Of a stretch of DNA of 49,406 nt, positions 10,601-19,400 are shown piece after piece (the stretch's first letter is position 1; each line of letters begins with the position of its first letter). The stretch is taken from the NCBI GenBank assembly GCA_001275005.1, contig JWZX01003226.1, forward strand, positions 1-49,406, in the 5' to 3' direction. The stretch comes from Chrysochromulina tobinii (lineage: Eukaryota). Below the pieces are notes generated by a model that saw only the letters and a program-made list of their open reading frames with translations, was not told where the DNA came from and did not search any database. Position numbers and translations under genes: made by a program.

Positions 10601-11260
10601 TTCCACGAGCTGCTGCGCTCCCCTGGCTCGGTCCTCTTCCGCGGGCAGGCGGCGCGCGCCATCGATGCCGCTGCCGGGCTCAGCATCATCCACGCTGATG
10701 GCAGCGCCGCGCCCTTCCAGCCTCCAGACGAATTCGAATGGCCGACGATGCAGTCTATCCTCGCCTCCGCTGACGAGTCCATCGAGCTCGCCATCGGCAT
10801 CGGGCCGAGCCATCCGTTCTTCTGGCCCGCAGCCGGCGTGCTCATCGCCATCGCCTGCGTGCTCTTGGGCTGCTGCTGCTGCTGTGCGTCTCGTTTGGGC
10901 GCCTGGGCAACGCGGCCACGGTACAAGTACTCGCGCACGCTGCAGTCCTCGACGACCGACGGGGTGGACGAGGATGATGCCGACGACGCTGACAATTGGG
11001 TCAAAGAGCGCCCGTCATGGCGCCCTCGCGCCGCTCAGGATGAGGGTACCGCCGCCGACAGCGACGCAGAAGACGAGCACGAGCACGAGCCCTCGTACCG
11101 TATCGTCTTCCCTGACGGCACCGGCGGCACCGGCGGCACCGGCTCTAGGCCATCGGCAGTGGAGGCTCTCAGCCAGGCGGCGCGGGCGGCGGGGGTAGTA
11201 CTGCCCATCGCGTCACCGGCGGGCCGAGGTGCTCATAGCGAGGACATAGTCAGCCTGTAG
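6632..11260 (+). CDS. Large single-pass cell-surface/adhesion protein: PAN/apple modules, FN3-like domains, split C-type lectin, Cys-rich modules, Pro-rich stalks, C-terminal TM
   Basis: 1542-aa ORF; PAN-like CCDMCIASPACVSFNY and CCGRCAAEPGCLHYTF; FN3-like SLTVQW...LIGLHAGANYTISVRART; CTL-like WAPAQPD...C...GKWADAPCVQPKPFVC; TM AGVLIAIACVLLGCCCCC followed by an acidic tail. True start probably ATG 6788; no obvious signal peptide. Confidence 0.75.
8513..8800 (+). repeat. Coding minisatellite, 12 copies of a 21/24-nt unit (CCGATTTCGTCACCCGAGACG core) encoding [P/L]ET(P/T)PISS
   Basis: Counted directly in the sequence; units differ by a 3-nt indel so the frame is preserved. Confidence 0.95.
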
Positions 11261-11703
11261 GGTTCCGTAGGAGTGCCTCCGATAGCGTACAGGGAACATG
11301 GTGTCCTCCGCCTCCCGTCGTCCCGCCGTGTCCGCGCGCGCGTTCGTCGTCGTGCCGTGCGGTGTCCGCGCCCGCCGTCCGGGCCGACCTGGCCGGGGGC
11401 GCGGCGCACTTTTGGCACTACCAATAGTCTATTGGAATAGTGACGACCACGACGTCGGGGTTAACCGGAGCACGTAAGATCGATCCGAGCGTTCAACGCA
11501 TATCGTAAAAAAGGCATGCGTCGCAGCATGGTATGAGCATTGTACTGAATGGATAATACATGTAGACTCGACGTGGATGCGTGTGCACGTCTCTCCGGTC
11601 CTCGCGCCTATTTTTCCGGTCGGAATGTGGAAATCGCACCTCCGAACTGCGAACTGGAGCACCTGCGATCGGGGCGTTGCGAGCGCTCCCCCACTAGGAC
11701 AAC

Positions 11704-12528
11704 TCACTTGGGACGGAAGGCGGCCGCTGCAAATTCGTAGTTGAAGAGCTGCTGCACCTCTGGGAATAGGAAGATGGGCCTGAACAGCCATGGCGTGATC
11801 TCGATCACGGGGCGCCCCGTGACGGCCTCTTCTATTACAAAGGAGGTCACGGCGATCATCGCCAGCCGGCCGTTGTTGATTTCGCGGGTCTGCATCGCAC
11901 GGCGCGCCTCGAGCGAGGCACCGCCCAGCAAATTTAGAGGGTCGAAGCCAAAGTCGCCAGGCATCCAATCGTCGGTGCCCTCGCGCAGCTTCAGCGAATA
12001 TGCATCTACGACGGCAATGCCAATCGCGAAGAGGCCCAGCGTCGCCGGGATTGTGCTCTGGTCCAGCCCACCGTTTAGGACTGATGGAGAGCGGCCGCCA
12101 GTCTCAACGAGCAGCAGCGGCTCGCGCAGAGCGCGGCTAAGGACAGGTGATAGTAGTTCCTGCACCGGCCATGCGAGTGCGGCAAGCATGGCCAAGCGGC
12201 CATGACGCAGCTCCGCCTCACGGTAGTCACGCAGGACGTAGGCTCTCGGCCTCGCCTTGTCAAGGGCGCTGCCAAGGTGCAAGTCGCGCTCCGCAAACTT
12301 GAACGGGTCAAAGCCGTAATCGGCCACGAAATTGTAATCCACCCAGCTCTGTGAATTAGGATTGAAGTCGTCCGGCATGTCCTCCTCCTCGTCGTCAAGA
12401 GGCAAGTTTCCAAGCGCTTTGAGGAGCTCATCCAGGGTGGGTGGTTCCTCACCCGAAGCCTGCAGCCGTGGCAGCGGGACGCGTGCGGCGGGCGCGGCGA
12501 GACGCGCAACCATTACCTGAGAGCGCAT
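11704..12528 (-). CDS. Light-harvesting chlorophyll a/c-binding protein (LHC superfamily, Lhcz-like)
   Basis: DYGFDPFKF, YREAELRHGRLAMLA, PSVLNGGL, PGDFGFDPLNL, EINNGRLAMIA motifs. Confidence 0.93.
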   Translation of the reverse strand: MRSQVMVARLAAPAARVPLPRLQASGEEPPTLDELLKALGNLPLDDEEEDMPDDFNPNSQSWVDYNFVADYGFDPFKFAERDLHLGSALDKARPRAYVLRDYREAELRHGRLAMLAALAWPVQELLSPVLSRALREPLLLVETGGRSPSVLNGGLDQSTIPATLGLFAIGIAVVDAYSLKLREGTDDWMPGDFGFDPLNLLGGASLEARRAMQTREINNGRLAMIAVTSFVIEEAVTGRPVIEITPWLFRPIFLFPEVQQLFNYEFAAAAFRPK

Positions 12529-12789
12529 TGGGTTCCTTCCTTGTGTCCTTGTGTCACACCTTGTACCGGTAACCGGTTCTCTGTGAACGTTAACGCGACA
12601 CGTTCACATTCACGTTCGTTAATCTCGGCAAGACGCGCATCCACCGGTCCCATGGAGACACTCCGTGGAAGGCGCAGACAAACACATACACTCCGGGGGT
12701 ACCCCCGGGGTCGGAGGAGACATCAACAACACGTCAGGGGCACAGGAGGCGCCAATTCATGAACATGCTCATGCAGGCGCCAACTCATG

Positions 12790-13060
12790 AAAGGATGGTC
12801 ATGGACATGGCCGCGAGCGCCGGTGGTTTCGGCGGCCAGGAGGGAGACGCCGACGCCTTTTGAGGGCGTCGGCGAACTGTCCGTCGCACGCAGCGACGAT
12901 CAAGCGGGCGCCTGTGACGCAGAACACGCAGTTGTAGGGCGCGTCGCCGAGGTTGCCGACCTGCTTGAGGCCGAGCACGAGCTTGCGGAGCTTTAGGGAG
13001 CTTCTCCTCCGTGCGTCCAAAGGCGTAGACGTGGCCCTCGGCGGTGGACGGTACCGACAT
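12790..13060 (-). mobile_element. Possible degenerate retroelement C-terminal fragment
   Basis: Frameshifted peptide STAEGHVYAFGRTEEKL/RKLVLGLKQVG...DAPY...DGQFADALKR.../LLAAETTG resembles, from memory, the C-terminus of haptophyte non-LTR retroelement ORFs; no RT core seen. Confidence 0.3.
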
Positions 13061-13184
13061 GTCCTGTCTCCGTTTCATGCGTTTCCTTTCCTCAGCATGC
13101 ACCATGCAGCACACACAGCGAGGCACTGCTCAAATCAGATGGCGACACCTGGTTGCCGTGCACCCTGTTGCCGTGCACCCCGCC

Positions 13185-14643
13185 TCATTTGCTTCGCAAG
13201 CAAGTTTCAATGAGCAGATCAAGCACATCATCGGGAAACTTCATGCTGTATTTGTTCAGCCACAGCAGCAGCAAGACAAATCGCTGGGTGGTGACGTTGA
13301 ACATCAAATGATCTTTGCGAGACCAATTGACCACATCCCAGACTTTGATCGTCCCGTCGCACGATCCCGACATAATCTTGGGCCCGTCCGGGGAAAACGC
13401 CACCGACATGATTGGTAGGCTGTGGGCGTCCGTCTTCTCGCTCAACAGCTCCAGTTTGTCTGCCAGGCAAGCCATATGGCGTCAGCGTCAGTTTTGGCCA
13501 AGGAGGGGCGATTCGAGGGCTCTGGCGCACCAAAATCCCAGACTTTGATCGTCATGTCGTGCGATCCGGACACAATTTTGGTCCCGTCCGGGGAGAACGC
13601 CACCGACCTGATGGTGTCGCTGTGGGCGTTCGTCTTCTCGCTCAAGACCTCCAGCTTGTCTGCCAGACAAGCCAGCAAGCGTCAGTTTTGGCCAAGGAGG
13701 GGCGATTTGAGGGCGTAGTGCACCCGAATCCCAGACTTTGATCGTCTTGTCGTCCGATCCCGACACAATCTTGGTCCCGTCCGGGGAGAACGCGACCGAA
13801 TTGACGTCCCCGCTGTGGGCGTTGATCTTCTCGCTCAGCAGCTCCAGCTTGTCTGCCAGACAAGCCAACAAGTGTCAGTTTCGGCCAAGTAGGGGTGATT
13901 TGAGTGCTCCGGCGCACCTGAATCCCAGACTTTGATCGTCTTGTCGTGCGATCCTGACACAATCTTCGTCCCATCCGGGGAAAACGCAACCGACCAGATC
14001 ACGCTGCTGTGCGCGTTTGTATTCTCGCTCAGCAGCCCCAGCGCGCCTGCCGGACAAGCCAGCAGGCGTCAGTTTTGGCCAAGGAGGGGCGATTTTGAGG
14101 GCTTTGGCGCACCCGAATCCCAGACTTTGATCGTCTTGTCGTACGATCCCGACACAATCTTGGTCCCGTCCGGGGAAAACGCCACCGACGCTACGCAGTC
14201 GCTGTGGGCGTTCGTCTTCTCGCTCAGCTCCTCCAGCTTGTCTGCCAGACAATCCAACAGGCATCATTTTTGGCCAAAAGAGGAGGGGCGATTTTGGGCT
14301 CGCGGCGCACCCGATTCCCAGACTTTGATCGTCCTGTCGCGCGATCCCGAGACAATCTTCGTTCCGTCCGGGGAGAACGCCACTGACATGACCCAGCTGC
14401 TGTGGGCGTTGGTCTCCTCGCTCAACATCTCCAGCTTGTCTGCCAGGCAAGCGAGCAAGCGTTAGTTTTGGCGGAGGAGGGGCGATTTTGAGCTCGCGCC
14501 GCACCTGAATCCCAGATTTTGATCGTCTTGTCCTCCGATCCCGACACAATCTTGGTCCCGTCCGGGGAAAACGCCACCGACATGACCCAGCTGCTGTGGG
14601 CGTTTGTCTTCTCCGTTAAACACTTGATGAGCGTCGCGATCAT
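13185..14643 (-). CDS. Seven-bladed WD40 protein (HET-E/NWD-type repeats), one repeat per exon, with a short helical C-terminal tail; predicted 352 aa
   Basis: Exons 14643-14505, 14439-14311, 14241-14113, 14046-13918, 13852-13724, 13659-13531, 13459-13185 sum to 1059 nt (353 codons, in frame). Introns are GTGC...CTGAC-like...GGCAG, phase 1. Repeat consensus [32 protein letters not shown]. An acceptor just before the ATG (14645-14646) means an upstream exon may exist. Confidence 0.88.
13330..14615. repeat. Tandem array of 7 ~195-bp units (129-nt exon + 64-71-nt intron)
   Basis: Recurrent CCCAGACTTTGATCGTC, CCGTCCGGGGA and intronic TTTTGGCCAAGGAGGGGCGATT at ~195-bp spacing. Confidence 0.95.
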
Positions 14644-15790
14644 CCTGCGAACGAACGAGAGAGAAGAAGAGAGGCTTTAGGCTGCATGCGTGCATTCGGT
14701 AGCATGGAGATATGGGACCACAAGCGGCTTCAAGCTCGAAGGGCACTTGAAGTGCCTCGGGGCAGACATGCAACAGCCAACAGAGTGCCGCAAGGTTAGG
14801 GGACTCGCGTGCGGCGTGTGGCTCCGAAGCTCATTGCGAACGGAGAGAGTCGCAGGCCCTCGAGAGAGAGGCAGCCCAGCTCAGGGTCTCAGCAGGATTG
14901 GGCAGTCACGTGGCAGTGGAGCGCGCGGGGATGGAGAAGAGGGAGACGCATGTGTGCTCCCTCCAGAGTTTTTTCCGGAGATGCAGGAGTAGAACCCGCA
15001 ATGCCCAATAGAGTAAAGCACCTGAGCGGTCTCGATCGATTCCGTGTGCGAAGGCGGTGCGGTGTGCGCGTGCAGCGATCGCACCGACGCACGTTGCGCG
15101 CGCGCACGAAGCGGAGCGCGACGCACGCAGCACGCCCGACATAAAAACTCGCGTCATCATGAATTCACAACACGAATTCACACAACACGTAAACGTTCAC
15201 ATCCAAGAGGGCCATGAAGGGCTCATCGCATCCCCCCCTCTACGGGAGGGCTAGATTTTCCGTTCGATGCCCGCACGTGTTCGGACCAACGTCGAGACTG
15301 AAGTGTGTGAAGACTCTGTAGCTTGATGATTGTACGTTTTGAATTTAGAATTAGAACAGAACTCAGAAGTATCTTACTCTTTCCGCTCGCGTAAATACTT
15401 GCAATTTCCGATGCGGTGCGGTGTTTGTGACCGGCGTCGGTCGACGCGCCGACCGGCTGTTACAGCTCGCCGCGCAGCCGGTATCGGGGCCTTGGCTAAG
15501 TCGGCGCCGCACGTGTATCCCGCCACCACGACGACCAGGCTCCGCTCGACTTGGCACTCGAAACACACCGCACAGGCACCGCGCCTAACAAGAGCCTCTA
15601 CTCTCGGCCCCGCATCTCTTTCAAAGCGCCGCAACCCCAATATGCACGCGATCAATCTCAGGCCAATTGTCGGGTGGGGTCGTCGGCGCGACCAAATCCA
15701 AATGGACACGCAGGAGGTGATGACGGCCTACTCATCAATGCACAGAAAGATTGCCGTACCTGCGATGCGCGAGTTGCATACACAGCTCAG

Positions 15791-16177
15791 TCACGCTCGT
15801 GCTTGGCTCGGGTAACGTTTCAGCTGCACGTACTTCTTCTCGGACTGCGCAGCTGCAGCCGTCTCGTCTGCCATGTCAGCAGCGAACGTGCGGGCATCGA
15901 TGCTGGCGGCACCCTTCATTCCGGTAGTCCCAAATGGGCTCACAATCGAACGAGGGTCCCAGATGATGCCGTTGTAACCCCGCGAGCGACCCATGGGGGT
16001 ATCGCTGAATCGTGCGTCGAAGATGGAACGACCATTGGGGCGCGGGTCTCTCATCTGCGAGCTGGTGCTCCAGGCGCTGGGCACGATCCCCATGTCCTCC
16101 TCGTGGGCCATAGAGTAAGGCGAGTAAATTTTCCTCCCTTGAATTCCATACTTCGGAGGGCTCCCCATGAACTCCAT
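15791..16177 (-). CDS. Small hypothetical protein (~128 aa), head-to-head with CFAP54
   Basis: Protein-like composition (MEFMGSPPKYGIQGRKIYSPYSM...), unlike the Arg/Ala-rich shadow ORFs; no family recognised. Confidence 0.5.
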   Translation of the reverse strand: MEFMGSPPKYGIQGRKIYSPYSMAHEEDMGIVPSAWSTSSQMRDPRPNGRSIFDARFSDTPMGRSRGYNGIIWDPRSIVSPFGTTGMKGAASIDARTFAADMADETAAAAQSEKKYVQLKRYPSQARA

Positions 16178-16446
16178 CGCGCCGCTCGCTCGCTCGCTCG
16201 CTCGCGCCGCCTCCCGGCTACCGGGTACCCGGAGAGACCGTGCCTCAACCCCGCGATGAAGTTTGCGCAAGTTTAGAAACGGTCGGGAAAAATAAGAATT
16301 TGGCTTCAGCGTCGTTGTTTACACCAGCAGACCGCTCCCACATGAACATCTGTGAACATTCTCCCGACACGCCGTTGCGTCCACCAGTCGACCCCTTCGC
16401 GAACGCTGACGAGCCACTTGCCGCACCTCCTCAGCGCCAACGTAAA

Positions 16447-19400
16447 ATGGCCGAGAAGAAGCCTGGCTTCGATCCTGCCGCGTACTTCGAGAAGATGTTC
16501 CGGAAGTTCGAACACACCGCCGCATCGGGCTCGCCGGAGCTCCAGGCCACGGTCACTTCCTCGCTGCTCGAGCTGCTCTCGACCTACCGGCTCAAGCTGC
16601 AGCTTGGCGTGTACCAGGAGCGACTCGTGCAGTCGGGCCGGATCATCGCGTCGCTTGGCGACTATGAGCTCGCGCTCAGCGAGTGCTTCGCGCCGATCCT
16701 CGGCACAGCCGAACTCGAGGCCAAGGGGATGGGCGCCATTCGGCTGCGCGTGCTCGCCGAGTTTGGCTCCGTCGAGTGCAGCTTCGCGCTGCTCGACGAG
16801 CGCGACCCGTCGGTGGCGCACGCCGCATCGACGGCCACGGTGCGCGAGCTCCTTCGACGCGTGCGCGTGGGGATGGCGTCCTGCGCCAAGCACGAGACGC
16901 TCTACTGGCTGGTGCTCAACGGCACGCGTCTGGCATACAGCATGTGCACCCGGCTAATGCGGCCGGAGCGCGCGGCTGAGGCGATCGAGACGCTCGGCTG
17001 GTGCGCGCTGTGCATGGAGGGCATGCTGCCGCTCCTCGCGCCGCGCTTCCTCATGTGGCGCATCCAGCTCTACGAGGCCCTTTGCCACTGCTACGAGGCG
17101 GTGGGCATGGTGGAGGCGGCGGCCAAGGCGGCCACGCACGCACTCGCGCGGTACACGCAGCTCAAGAACTACGACAAGCACGACCCGGTGCCGCCGACGG
17201 CGGAGATGAACGCGCGCTATGATCGCGCCGAGAAGGCGCTCGGCGCCCTTCGCTTCAAGTACGTGACGTGCCTTGCACCGCCCAAGGGTCCTTCCCCGGA
17301 GGAGTTGGCAGCCGCCGCCGCTCCCGCCAAGGGAAAGCCGCCGGCCAAGGGCGAAGTCCCGCCGCCTCCGCCGGAGAGCGGCCTCGTCGTGGCGCTCAAA
17401 GAGACGGTGGGCGAGGCGCCCACGGCGCAGCTGGTGGCGGTGCTCGAGGCGCTGCACGACTACACGACCAGCGCACGCACTCTCGCGACGGCGCCTCCCT
17501 CCGAGGCGCGCGAGAAGATCGTCTCCGAGCTGCTCGCCAAGGGCATGGAGCTTGCGGCGAGCTCGCTCGCGAAGCTGACCGCACACGAGGAGGCCAAGCT
17601 CGCCCTCGCTCTGGCGAACGAGCAGGCGGCGAGCGCGCAGGCGGCGGCGACGACGGCGCAGGCGGCGGCCGAGGCGGAGGCGGCCGCAGCGCCACTGGCA
17701 GAGGGCGCGCCACCCTCGCCCGTCGCGGCCGCGGCCGCCGAGGCGCAGGCGCAGGCGCAGGCGTCTGCGGCGGCGCTCGAGGGTTTGCAGGCGGCCGAGG
17801 CGGCGGCGGCCGCGGAGGCTGCGGCCGCGACACAGGCTCTACCGCTGCCCATGCACGTACGGCTCCTGTGCGCCGCCTTCAAGAACCAAAAGTGGGACGA
17901 GGTGAGCATGCTCGCTGATGAGCGCTGATTACCGCTGATTACCGCTGATGAGTGCTGATGGCGTTGCATGCAGGTGAGCATGCTCCTGCCGGCAGCGCAG
18001 GCGCGTGTTGACCGTGCGTGCCCCGAGGCCGCGGCCGCGGCCGACCGGAGCGCGGCGGCGGTGGGCGGGGCGACGCTGGGGCGCACGATGCCGATCGCTC
18101 CTCCGCCGCCTCCGCAGGCGGTGAGCGCCACCACCTCCGTCACCTTCGCTGCCGACCATTCCAAGCTGACCTTTGCCCAGGACGGCGCCACTCTCGAGGT
18201 GCACGAAGGCGCAGGGGAGGCCGCGTCGACGGCGGCCGCAGCGGCGGCGGCCGCGGAGGGGGTGCCCGACGCGGCCATGGCTGCCATCCTGTGGCTCGAC
18301 GTTCACGTACTCGCCGCCTATCGTGCCATCGACGAGGCCGATGAGGCCGCCCGCTACGATGCGATGGCCGCCCTCGCCACGCTGCTCGATCTTAGCGCCA
18401 CGTCAGGCGTGGTGAGCGGCGCGGCCGCGGCGCGCAAGGACCTCCTCGCCGACGCGGCACTACGCCTCTGGACCCTGTCGGCTCCTGCGCTCGTGGCCGC
18501 CGACATCGATGCATGCACCCAGCCCGACACGGCGGCCACACAGCGGCAGCGCTCGATGGGCGGCGCGGCGGCGGCGGGGGATGGCAAGCTGCGGCTGGTG
18601 CTCAAACCCAAGACGGCGGTGGACGCGCAGAAGCTCGCCGAGCAGCTCGCACGTATGAACAAGGTCGATGCCTCCTTCAGCTTCGTCGTGGCCGATGCCC
18701 CCAAGGGCAAGAGCGCAGGCGGCGCACCCATCACCATCTCGGGTGCGGGCGAGCTCGCCGTGCTCTCTGTGGCGGACAAGGCGCGCAAGGAGTCGGGCGC
18801 GCAGTGCACCCAAGGGCCGCTCCTCTCAAAATCGCAGACCGCCGCCGCCGCGACGGCCGCGACCTCCACGGCGGCGCTCTCCCGCACGACCGGTGCCGGC
18901 GCCAACGGCGACGGCGCGACGCCGTTGACTCGCATGACGCCGGCACAGCTGGTGAGCGTGCTGCGGCCGGTGCACGTGACGCTTCGCCAGGTGGATGCGA
19001 CGGATGCGCAGCTGCGCGCCACGATCGCACTCCGGCTCACCAGCGTGCTCCTCGACCTGGCGAAGCCCGACCCTGCCGTCGCTGTTGCGCGCGCCGCTCT
19101 CGCCGACCTTGAGGCTGCGCGCTCGGCGGCGGTCGTGCAGATGGCGTGGAGAGGTCTGCAAGGCGCACCCTCCGCGTCGGCGACGAGCGTGCTGCAGCCG
19201 GCGGATGGGCCGGCGCCCTTTTACACGCCCACGGACCTGCTCCTCCAAACCCTCGGCTGCCAGCATGCGGACTTGCTGCTCCTCCTGTTCCGCGCGGAGC
19301 TGCAGTCGGGCATGCGCAAAGCCATCAAGCAGGCGAAGGTCGAGTTCGACACCTTGCGCGCGGCGCAGCTGCGTCGGCGGCAGCAGCAGCACATCTACGG

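Noticed and set aside
13330..14615. WD40 pseudogene or non-coding satellite (the ORF track shows only fragments)
   Set aside because: Canonical GT-AG introns at identical positions give a complete 353-codon frame.
17926..17967. Stop-codon readthrough or a split CFAP54 gene
   Set aside because: Explained by the 72-nt GT-AG intron at 17902-17973.
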